Virus record (IMG/VR): IMGVR_UViG_3300042258_000341 | Coordinates: 96,001 to 160,000 of that record | Reading direction: 5' to 3' (one strand) | Source: a virus | Lineage: Duplodnaviria > Caudoviricetes | Length of the DNA: 64,000 nucleotides | Part shown: piece by piece, positions 18,203-25,577 of the stretch | Layout: every line of letters begins with the position of its first letter | How positions within the stretch are numbered: position 1 is the stretch's first letter | The notes under the pieces: model-generated | What the model saw: the letters and a program-made list of their open reading frames with translations, nothing else | The model's database searches: none | What the model was told of the DNA's origin: nothing | Translations under genes and position numbers: made by a program

Positions 18203-18601
18203 TCACTTTTTAAGATTTATTTCTTGTATTCCAAAAGTTTCTTTTTTCCCAGAAGATAAAAGAAACTGGAACTCATCTGCAGTCACAATTGGAATATCTT
18301 TCAAATACAACTGCATTGTTTCGATATCCCAATTAGAGAGAACAACAAGATAATTGCCTTCTTTTTTTATCATTCCCTGTATTTTAGGATCAGACCTAAC
18401 CCTAGAGATAAGAGTGACTTCTGTAATACTGCTTTCTTTTAAAACAGGCTTTTCGACAATTTTTATTTTCACTTCAGGAACAATATTCTCCAAGACCAAT
18501 GCGGAGAAAGACAACCCCAACAGAAGCCCGTAAAAAAACCATTTTATTTTCAGGTTTCTTTTATTTTTTAAAGACTTCATCTGCTTTTCGGACAATTTCA
18601 T
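18203..18601 (-). CDS. hypothetical membrane-anchored protein
   Basis: basic N-terminus followed by a hydrophobic helix (WFFYGLLLGLSFSALVL). Confidence 0.6.
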   Translation of the reverse strand: MKLSEKQMKSLKNKRNLKIKWFFYGLLLGLSFSALVLENIVPEVKIKIVEKPVLKESSITEVTLISRVRSDPKIQGMIKKEGNYLVVLSNWDIETMQLYLKDIPIVTADEFQFLLSSGKKETFGIQEINLKK

Positions 18602-19484
18602 CTTCGATATCTGGGGAACAAATTGCGTCTTTGAGTGTTCTCAAAAGAGTTTTATGTAGCCGCAGTCCTTTTCGATTAATTCTCTTCACATGTTGAGAGA
18701 CATTTGTTTTAAAAACAATAGCATCTATCCATTCTACAACATGTGGGGGTGGTTGCATACTATATTTTACTTTGTTCAAAACGGCAAGATATTCTTGATT
18801 TCGTATTTCTTCAAAGAGACAAAAATCAGAAAATTCTTGATCCCAATATGTAAAAGGGACGAAGAAAGATTCATAATTTCCAGATACAGAAATTCTTTCA
18901 AAGAACACAGAATCTCCTATTCGATAGATTCCTTCTCGACCGTAGACAACATCTTTCTTTCTCCACATATCGGTATTTATTTTTACGGTGCCGCCTTTAA
19001 GATAGCCCGGTAGCGGGAGAACTTTTAACTTCTCATTTTCTGTAAAGAGAATGTCTTTTGTTCTAAGTATTGCGTTCACTCTCCAATATCTCGGCTCTTC
19101 GTTTGTTGCAAAAAGAATTTCACATTTTCCAAGATAGTCCGAAATTTCTTTCAGTTCTGAAGTGCCGTATCTATCAAGTTCTTCTGGAACCCCTGTTTCC
19201 ACCCCCTCCCCATCGTAAATAACATACCGGGACTTCTCGAACCATAGATGTCCACTGGGGCGCATAACAATCCCATCGAAAGGAAACCATACTCCCGGTT
19301 TATTCGAATTTCTACCTGTCGAACGGTAAAATAATTGTCTTTTTTTATCCGGGTAAATAGCTACAACGAAGTCCCTACCTCGGAAAGAAAGATTTATGTG
19401 GTATAAATGTATTTTGTTATATACTCCTAGATTTTCGTAGAACTTAAGAAACTTTCTCATGTTTATTACCCCCACATTTTTCAC
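18561..19484 (-). CDS. hypothetical protein with FYRSTG.NS.KPG.WFPFDG motif
   Basis: 307-aa collinear ORF. Confidence 0.65.
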   Translation of the reverse strand: MKNVGVINMRKFLKFYENLGVYNKIHLYHINLSFRGRDFVVAIYPDKKRQLFYRSTGRNSNKPGVWFPFDGIVMRPSGHLWFEKSRYVIYDGEGVETGVPEELDRYGTSELKEISDYLGKCEILFATNEEPRYWRVNAILRTKDILFTENEKLKVLPLPGYLKGGTVKINTDMWRKKDVVYGREGIYRIGDSVFFERISVSGNYESFFVPFTYWDQEFSDFCLFEEIRNQEYLAVLNKVKYSMQPPPHVVEWIDAIVFKTNVSQHVKRINRKGLRLHKTLLRTLKDAICSPDIEDEIVRKADEVFKK

Positions 19485-19776
19485 AGGGAACGGATTTCCC
19501 GTTGTTTCGAAAATAAAAACCAGTGTTGTTACATTTCTTACAGAAACGGGGCTTTTTTCTTTCAGGCTCCCTTTCCGGAATAGAGTCGGGAGAGTCTTTT
19601 ATCGGATAGAATTCGTGATTACAAGCTCCGTTTGTGGGAAGGGAGTGGAAATGAATGCATTTGTGACAGGGGGCTGTGCAAAGTTTTGTAGCAGAGATTG
19701 GATTTGCAGCGGGATTCCCTTGTATTTCATCTACAACAAGAGTTTTTGTGTGAGAATATAATTCAGGTATTTGCAT
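19444..19776 (-). CDS. Cys-rich hypothetical protein
   Basis: CHKC, CKKCNNTG..CEKC. Confidence 0.55.
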   Translation of the reverse strand: MQIPELYSHTKTLVVDEIQGNPAANPISATKLCTAPCHKCIHFHSLPTNGACNHEFYPIKDSPDSIPEREPERKKPRFCKKCNNTGFYFRNNGKSVPCEKCGGNKHEKVS

Positions 19777-19779
19777 TTT

Positions 19780-20298
19780 TCAACTTCCACTTTTTCGTAG
19801 TCGAAATAATTCTTTATCCGGTATTTCATCGAATCTTCGAACAATTTTCATGCCGTAACAAATAAGATTCAAAGGGACTTGCTGACTTATTGCTTCCATA
19901 TGGTCTTTCCAAGTACTTTTAGGAAAATCACCATCTTCAAGGTAAGCTTGAACAACAAAATCAAATCCTTTAGGACTTACTTGCAAAATATCCGGGGCAA
20001 CCCCGTTTACTTGTATAAAAAGATCAATTGCCTCAGCAAGAACTTTCAAGAATGATTCTTCTTTTTTGGGGTAAAAGGCTCGAAGAGTTTCTTCTTTATT
20101 TTCTTTTATTTCCTGCAATTGTTTTATCCAGAAAGCAAGATTAAAATCTGCGATATGGAACTGTGTGTTCCATTGCTGAGTATTCGGATCGTAACTTCCT
20201 TGACAGAGCCAAATAGAAAAATGTTTGTCCCCTCGCTCAAAAGGGGTTAAAACTATTTCCTGATCATCGCCTATTGGCAGTCGTATTTCTTTTTTCAT
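19780..20298 (-). CDS. hypothetical protein
   Basis: 172-aa ORF with RBS and class II promoter. Confidence 0.65.
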   Translation of the reverse strand: MKKEIRLPIGDDQEIVLTPFERGDKHFSIWLCQGSYDPNTQQWNTQFHIADFNLAFWIKQLQEIKENKEETLRAFYPKKEESFLKVLAEAIDLFIQVNGVAPDILQVSPKGFDFVVQAYLEDGDFPKSTWKDHMEAISQQVPLNLICYGMKIVRRFDEIPDKELFRLRKSGS

Positions 20299-20317
20299 AT
20301 TTATTTCCTTTATTTAA

Positions 20318-20347
20318 GATATACCTAGAAAAATGAAAAATTTTCAG
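20318..20347 (-). promoter_or_regulatory. class II promoter-like motif (CTGAAA-N18-TATATC)
   Basis: recurring motif. Confidence 0.55.
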
Positions 20348-20655
20348 TCTTTCTCTATTTCTTTTATAAATTGTTCCATATCTTCTATATCTTTTTCGGA
20401 ATAATACTTAGGTTCCCGCCATTCCCCTATTTGTCGGGGATCAACTTCTTCAACTTTTCGCACAGGTCTTATATGTGCAATAAGAATAGGATTTCCGAAT
20501 TTTCTCCAAATCGGAATAATATTCTTTGCTTCCCGTAAAGTAATAGATTCCCCGGAATAACTTTGTATGCAATCTGAAAAAGCTCCAACTCGAATGAATT
20601 TTCTTCCGGTTGTTGCTGAAGTATATATTTTTATTGTATTTCTTTTTTCAACCAT
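20344..20655 (-). CDS. hypothetical protein
   Basis: 103-aa collinear ORF. Confidence 0.55.
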   Translation of the reverse strand: MVEKRNTIKIYTSATTGRKFIRVGAFSDCIQSYSGESITLREAKNIIPIWRKFGNPILIAHIRPVRKVEEVDPRQIGEWREPKYYSEKDIEDMEQFIKEIEKD

Positions 20656-21998
20656 TCAAAAGCTTCCTCGAAAGAGTTATGTTCTCCGTCTAATTGCAAT
20701 TCGTAGGCTTTTTTAAGAACTACGCCCATTTCTTTACCCGGTTTCATTCCCAGTTCAATCAAATGTCTTCCAAGAAGAAACGCAGCCGGTTTCTCAAGCT
20801 GGACATTCAATTCTTTAGCTATTTCGATCAATTCCGGGCAAGGATGTTTCTTAGGCAGCGGGGGTCTTCCGGAATGATCCGCTTCAATTAAATGTGACAA
20901 CAATTCTATTGTTGTTTTACCCGATATTCGAACAGAAAGTCTTCTTACCGCCCGGGGGCTTAACTTTCCAGAAACATGAATCATATGTTCTTTTGTAAGA
21001 GTCGCAACAGCTTCTGTTATTTCATTCGGAGCACCTATTGATTGCATGAATGAAACAGCCAAGTCATATCCCCTTTTATCGTGTTCCGGGGAGGAGATTC
21101 TTCCAGCTTCATTGAGACAAGTTGTAGTTACTTTTCCGAAGTCATGGCAGAGAGCGGCGAAAAGAAGAATTGTCCTGTCTTTTTTCGAGAGCTTTTCCCG
21201 GATTGCAATTTTATTTGCAGCATCAACGGTGTGTAAGGTATGGAGCCAAACACAGCCCTCGGGATGCCATTCTTTATCTTGTTCAAGCCCCACAAGATTA
21301 TTTATCTCCGGATATAGTTCAAGCCAACCGATATCTTGCAATGCTTCTAACCCTGCAGAAGGAACTGTGCTCTTCGATGCCCATTTTTCCCATTCCCCCC
21401 AAATACGACTTGGAGGTAGAGAAGAATATTCCGGCAGAATAGATTTGCAAATGTCACAAGTTTCATCTGCAACATACATATGAAATCTCCCGGCAAATTG
21501 CATTGCTCGTAAAGGTCTTAAAGGATCTTCTACAAACTCCGAAGAAACATGCCGTAAAACTCCATCTGCCAGATCGTAATTTCCGTTATGTGGGTCGATG
21601 AGTTCCCTTTCCGAAATAGAATACATAATTGCATTCATTGTAAAGTCTCTACGGGAGCTTGCTTTTTTTACCGTCATGGTGGGGTCAACTTCAACCCGGA
21701 AAGATTTATGCCCCACTCCTGTTTTAGAATCACTCCGAGGTAAAGAAAAGTCGTATTCATTCCCTTCCGGGCAGGTGAATTTAAGAACCCCGAAGGATTC
21801 CCCAACTTCTTTTACAGTCCCGTAAGACTGTAAAATTTCCGAAAGAATGTTTATCGAAAGCCCGTAAACTTCGACATCGATATCTTTCGGATCTTCGTAA
21901 AGAAGGTGATCCCTCACTGCTCCGCCTACAATGTAGGCTTTCCCGTTTCGAGAAGTTATTTCAGAATTAATTTCTTGTAATATTTCAGGGATTTTCAT
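20631..21998 (-). CDS. cca: tRNA nucleotidyltransferase (CCA-adding enzyme) with HD phosphatase domain
   Basis: VGGAVRD, PKDIDVEV, RRDFTMNAI, EDPLRPLR (class II NTase); WHPEG..H, LCHDFGK, ADHSGR (HD domain). Confidence 0.92.
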   Translation of the reverse strand: MKIPEILQEINSEITSRNGKAYIVGGAVRDHLLYEDPKDIDVEVYGLSINILSEILQSYGTVKEVGESFGVLKFTCPEGNEYDFSLPRSDSKTGVGHKSFRVEVDPTMTVKKASSRRDFTMNAIMYSISERELIDPHNGNYDLADGVLRHVSSEFVEDPLRPLRAMQFAGRFHMYVADETCDICKSILPEYSSLPPSRIWGEWEKWASKSTVPSAGLEALQDIGWLELYPEINNLVGLEQDKEWHPEGCVWLHTLHTVDAANKIAIREKLSKKDRTILLFAALCHDFGKVTTTCLNEAGRISSPEHDKRGYDLAVSFMQSIGAPNEITEAVATLTKEHMIHVSGKLSPRAVRRLSVRISGKTTIELLSHLIEADHSGRPPLPKKHPCPELIEIAKELNVQLEKPAAFLLGRHLIELGMKPGKEMGVVLKKAYELQLDGEHNSFEEAFEWLKKEIQ

Positions 21999-22011
21999 AT
22001 TTTTTCACCTC

Positions 22012-22033
22012 TTTATTTATATATAGTAAAAAA
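22012..22033 (-). promoter_or_regulatory. class I motif (copy 2), upstream of cca
   Basis: TTTTTTACTATATATAAATAAA. Confidence 0.7.
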
Positions 22034-22066
22034 CGGAAGAAAATTTCACTCTTTTTTTGTAGAAAT

Positions 22067-22216
22067 TATTTTTCCGTCCGAAGTTGTTTCAAGGTAGTAA
22101 TGATATAGCCTGTGAAAATAGCAAACAAAGCGGTCTTTTTCAAGACCGCTTTTCAACATCCTGTTTTTACAGCCCGGATGTGAACACGGATACCATTTTT
22201 CGGTTTCTTTTTTCAT
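22067..22216 (-). CDS. small Zn-finger-like protein (49 aa, not in the ORF track)
   Basis: MKKETEKWYPCSHPGC...CYFH; ATGA overlap with the upstream stop. Confidence 0.4.
22122..22152 (-). terminator. intrinsic terminator-like hairpin
   Basis: AAAGCGGTCTT-GAAA-AAGACCGCTTT followed by GTTTG. Confidence 0.55.
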
Positions 22217-22416
22217 AGAAATTTCCTGTATTTTTCTACAGTTTCGGAAATGTCTTTCAAAGCATTGCGCAAAGAAACATCATCCGAAACAACAATGGCT
22301 TTATCCAGAGATCCGAAATGTGTTTCCAGAATATTCAAAAGGAGTTGTTTTATTGCATCTTCGTCCGGGGAATGTCTTAAAGTTGATTTCTGATAAAGGA
22401 TGTCAAGTTCTTTTTC
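22213..22416 (-). pseudogene. 3' fragment of the gene interrupted by IS607
   Basis: EKELDILYQKSTLRHSPDEDAIKQLLL..HFGSL; the first codons of the predicted ORF lie inside the IS end; resembles the helical C-terminus of PF10127-type nucleotidyltransferases (recalled, unverified). Confidence 0.5.
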
Positions 22417-22530
22417 CGATTCATTTCTCTTAATAAATGTTACCATTCACTAAGTAAAGTTCACAACAGAAAATACGTCTGTTATGGAAGAATCTTTCGA
22501 CGCAAGAGAAAAATTCTTTAAGAATACATT
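22396..22530 (-). ncRNA. putative TnpB omega-RNA (scaffold ~22416-22530, guide ~22396-22415)
   Basis: overlaps the tnpB 3' end; stems TTTCTCTT/AAGAGAAA, CATAACAGA/TCTGTTGTG, TTAGTGAATG-GTAA-CATTTATTAA; GATTC/GAATC pseudoknot pairing just before the terminal GG. Confidence 0.65.
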
Positions 22531-23760
22531 TCTTGCTCCGTTTAAATCCCTGTCTATTTCTAATCCACAAGAACATTTCAAAGTTTTCTTAGAACCAATA
22601 TTCTGAACTTTCCCGCATTTACCACATGTTTTGCTGGTGTAAGCTTCGTTTACCTCAATAATTTCACAAGAATACTCTTGTGCCTTGAATTTCAGAAATT
22701 GCTTGAACCTGTAATGTGACCATCCAAGCATTGCTCTGGCGACTTTTGAATGAAGTTTTGTTACCATATTTGATGTTTCAAACGATGGTATTAAAATACA
22801 ATCAAAATTTTTTACCAATAACAACGCTAATTTATGGTGTATTTCTGAAATCAAGTCTTTAATCTTCCAGCGAATTCGTTTCAATTTAAGATTATATCTG
22901 TTTGTTGCTTCTTTTTTACGCCTAGAATAAAGCTTATCTAAAATATAACATAAGCGATAAATTCGAGAAAAATCCGCATTACCAACTTTGGCAGCAAAAG
23001 AATCAGAATACAAGGTTTGAAATGTTCTCACACCGGGGTCAAGAGCTACGACAGGGAGCCTTTGGTTATCAGGTCTTTTGACAGCTTTATCTTCCGGTTT
23101 AATTACAAAATAACGACCATTTTCTAAAATTACACGACAATCATATTTAACTTCTCCAATCTTTTCTCTAAGATTAATAATTCCTGTGAGGGTGTGATAA
23201 AAACCAGCTTCTTTAAGTGCAGACTTAGGAATAAACAGATTAAAGTCCGCATTTTTACGAGAACGAAATTTTACTTTTTGAATTTTTCCAGTTTGCTTAA
23301 ATTTGCGCTTTGCATTTTTGGTTGCATCACAGGCATCTTTAATCGCAATGGATTTTATCTGATATGGCACTTCTTTCGCCCAGACTGGCAAACCATGAAT
23401 TAAATCTGTTTTTATGGCTTTCCAGTCTGCCTTCGTATTAGGTTGTCTAAGATACTCAACCGTTTTATTGAAAGAATATCTAGCTACGCCAAACCATTTA
23501 AACAGAATTGTTTTCTGTTGTTTCGTTGGATAAAATCTTATCTTTCTTGAGCGTTTCAGTGTATTTTCTGAGTCCGTGAATTCTACACGAGAAAACCGTG
23601 ATGATTGATAGCAAGTCTGTGACGAGTTCTTGTTGTGGGGAACTTTTACTGTCATCGAGAACCACGAGTTTAACATTGTGTTTAGTGAAGAACCACTCAA
23701 TGAGTTCAAATCCAAATCTACATAATCTGTCTCGATGGGCAACCACAACTTCTTTGACAT
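22450..23760 (-). CDS. tnpB: TnpB RNA-guided endonuclease, Fanzor-type RuvC
   Basis: KIRFYPT, ALDPGVRTF (RuvC-I), ILIPSFE (shifted RuvC-II Glu), EAYTSKTCGKC..CSC zinc finger, DRDLNGARN (RuvC-III); start uncertain, frame open to 24126. Confidence 0.9.
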   Translation of the reverse strand: MSKKLWLPIETDYVDLDLNSLSGSSLNTMLNSWFSMTVKVPHNKNSSQTCYQSSRFSRVEFTDSENTLKRSRKIRFYPTKQQKTILFKWFGVARYSFNKTVEYLRQPNTKADWKAIKTDLIHGLPVWAKEVPYQIKSIAIKDACDATKNAKRKFKQTGKIQKVKFRSRKNADFNLFIPKSALKEAGFYHTLTGIINLREKIGEVKYDCRVILENGRYFVIKPEDKAVKRPDNQRLPVVALDPGVRTFQTLYSDSFAAKVGNADFSRIYRLCYILDKLYSRRKKEATNRYNLKLKRIRWKIKDLISEIHHKLALLLVKNFDCILIPSFETSNMVTKLHSKVARAMLGWSHYRFKQFLKFKAQEYSCEIIEVNEAYTSKTCGKCGKVQNIGSKKTLKCSCGLEIDRDLNGARNVFLKNFSLASKDSSITDVFSVVNFT

Positions 23761-24091
23761 TTCCAAGACTTGTTTGTTCCAAAAGCCACAGGAACTGTTT
23801 TCTTTTGAAGTTGATTCCACTTCCGACATCAAAGATAATTTCGTGTTCTGGGTAATGCTTTCGCATAAATTCTTTTTGGCGTTCAAGGTCATCTTTTTGT
23901 TTGTGTGATGAGACTCGGCAATAGCAGAAAGCCTTGCAGGTAGAACTTGATTGTTCGATGCTTGAGACATCATACAATCTTTGTCCTGCGGGATTTCTGA
24001 TATACTTAATTTTCCCATCATCAGCCCACTTTCGTAGAGTGTTAGCACAAACTCCAAGATGCTTAACCGCTTTTCTTGACGGTATAAACAT
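23498..24091 (-). CDS. tnpA: IS607 serine recombinase TnpA
   Basis: HTH LGVCANTLRKW, YCRVSS, DVGSG, HRDRLCRFG, ELVTDLLSIITVFSCRIHGLR. Confidence 0.95.
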   Translation of the reverse strand: MFIPSRKAVKHLGVCANTLRKWADDGKIKYIRNPAGQRLYDVSSIEQSSSTCKAFCYCRVSSHKQKDDLERQKEFMRKHYPEHEIIFDVGSGINFKRKQFLWLLEQTSLGNVKEVVVAHRDRLCRFGFELIEWFFTKHNVKLVVLDDSKSSPQQELVTDLLSIITVFSCRIHGLRKYTETLKKDKILSNETTENNSV

Positions 24092-24111
24092 TTGTTAACC
24101 CCCTGTAATGA

Positions 24112-24140
24112 ATGGTAGCATATCAATCACTTGTTGTCAA
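24112..24140 (-). promoter_or_regulatory. sigma70-type promoter of the IS607 element
   Basis: TTGACA-N17-TACCAT with extended TG, then AGGGGG RBS before the tnpA ATG. Confidence 0.75.
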
Positions 24141-24457
24141 CCTCTTCGGTTTGAAAAAGTATTGTCCTTGGCGTGTTGGTATTGTTCTTTTGTGACTTCT
24201 ATTACCCGGTTGAAGGAAATTTCGAAGTCTTTTATAAAAGCGTTGTTATCGAAAAGGAACGGAGTGCATATGACCCATTTATAGAGTTCTTCTTTCTCTT
24301 CTTCAGAAAGAACCCCCCTGTTTTCCAATTTGGTTTTTATTGTTGAAATAGTTTCAACTAATTCAACGTCTTCTTTTTCGTCGGGGTCAACTTCGAATTC
24401 CAGAAAAGTTTCGAGTTCATCCATCAACTCTTCTTCGTGTTTTTTATTCATTACCAA
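24137..24457 (-). CDS. hypothetical protein, probably truncated by IS607
   Basis: follows a class I motif and AGGAG; its last codons overlap the IS left end. Confidence 0.55.
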   Translation of the reverse strand: MVMNKKHEEELMDELETFLEFEVDPDEKEDVELVETISTIKTKLENRGVLSEEEKEELYKWVICTPFLFDNNAFIKDFEISFNRVIEVTKEQYQHAKDNTFSNRRG

Positions 24458-24474
24458 TCTCCTATATTTTTGTA

Positions 24475-24497
24475 TCTTATTTATATATAGTAAAAAA
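24475..24497 (-). promoter_or_regulatory. class I motif (copy 3)
   Basis: TTTTTTACTATATATAAATAAGA. Confidence 0.7.
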
Positions 24498-24508
24498 TAA
24501 AAAAGAAT

Positions 24509-25201
24509 TTAAGAAAAAACTATTCTTTTCTTCCCGGCGTAATAACACATCGGGTTTGGATATGCTCGAATAGCGTCATTCAAAGCATCTAATTTTTCTT
24601 GAATTTCTTTCGGAAGAAACGCATCTTCCGGGAGTTCAAAATAATCTTCCGGAACTGTTCGGTATTTTTCTTTTACATGTTCTACAAGCCACAAGTCTTC
24701 TTTGTTTACATTTTCTTCTTCACAGTAATCTTCCAATTCATCTTCATTCCAGAAAACAATATCGGATTTATAAATGAAAATAGGGTATTGCCAATCTGTA
24801 GGGGCTTCCGGGAGAGCTTCGTATCTTTCCCGGTTACTATCTTCCAAGCATTTTTCGCACAAATGCTTATGTTTCAACATTATTTCACCACATTTACAAA
24901 GACGGTGAGTAGCCCCATCTTGCCGAGCAAGAAATTCGTCTTTAAATAGATTGCCTTTTTTCGACTTCCATAAGATTTCTGTAACCTGTTGTGCCGCAGA
25001 AGGGCTTTCAGGAAGAGTCAATTCTTTTTCTTTAAATAAAATTTCTAAAGATAATTCCAAACGATCAACGATTTCTTCCGAAGTTTCTTTTCCATGCTCA
25101 TAACTTAAGATATCTTGAACTGAAACTTGAGAGCTTTTAGACAAATCATTTACAGATATCCCATTATTTACTCGAAATCGCTTAAATTCTCTTCTATCCA
25201 T
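24509..25201 (-). CDS. XRE-type HTH protein with a C-terminal Zn-binding domain
   Basis: FKRFRVNNGISVNDLSKSSQVSVQDILSYEHG HTH; CKC..CEKC. Confidence 0.7.
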   Translation of the reverse strand: MDRREFKRFRVNNGISVNDLSKSSQVSVQDILSYEHGKETSEEIVDRLELSLEILFKEKELTLPESPSAAQQVTEILWKSKKGNLFKDEFLARQDGATHRLCKCGEIMLKHKHLCEKCLEDSNRERYEALPEAPTDWQYPIFIYKSDIVFWNEDELEDYCEEENVNKEDLWLVEHVKEKYRTVPEDYFELPEDAFLPKEIQEKLDALNDAIRAYPNPMCYYAGKKRIVFS

Positions 25202-25205
25202 CTTT

Positions 25206-25484
25206 TTATATTTCCTTTCTTACAGTCACTTCCCAAGTTCTTCTACAAACACGACATAGATATTTAACCAGAAATGCTTGATAAATAACCGTTACTTTGC
25301 CCGAATATTTACTTTTATTTTTTCCAAGAGTTACTTTCGAATCTATTTCCCGGGAACTTAAACGATCTGAATCTTTTGCAATATTCCCGCAATACGGACA
25401 AAGGACTTTATCCGGCTTAGTCGCTAAATATATTGCGAAAAGAGCCAAAAAACCACCAACGATTATTTTTAAAAAATCAGACAT
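25206..25484 (-). CDS. membrane-anchored Zn-ribbon protein
   Basis: N-terminal TM helix, CPYC..CRVC. Confidence 0.6.
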   Translation of the reverse strand: MSDFLKIIVGGFLALFAIYLATKPDKVLCPYCGNIAKDSDRLSSREIDSKVTLGKNKSKYSGKVTVIYQAFLVKYLCRVCRRTWEVTVRKEI

Positions 25485-25498
25485 TTATTTCGCCTTTC

Positions 25499-25577
25499 TT
25501 TGTATTTTTTATACACATAAAGGGTATTTTTTATCCCGCTTTTTGTATTTTTTATCGGCATAAAGGGGATTTTTTAT
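25499..25577. repeat. two 36-bp direct repeats containing four ATTTTTTAT boxes
   Basis: boxes at 25504, 25526, 25547 and 25569 (spacing 22/21/22). Confidence 0.75.

Larger units (their letters stand above)
22416..24167 (-). mobile_element. IS607-family insertion sequence (tnpA + tnpB)
   Basis: overlapping tnpA/tnpB; GG at both inferred junctions; shared inverted end motifs GTT(G/C)ACAACA and ATG(C/T)TACCATTCA; the left boundary is less certain than the right. Confidence 0.88.

Noticed and set aside
23761-24126. TTG at 24126 as the real TnpB start (558 aa)
   Set aside because: It lies within the promoter spacer, upstream of the likely TSS, with no RBS. The open frame itself is reported as a finding.
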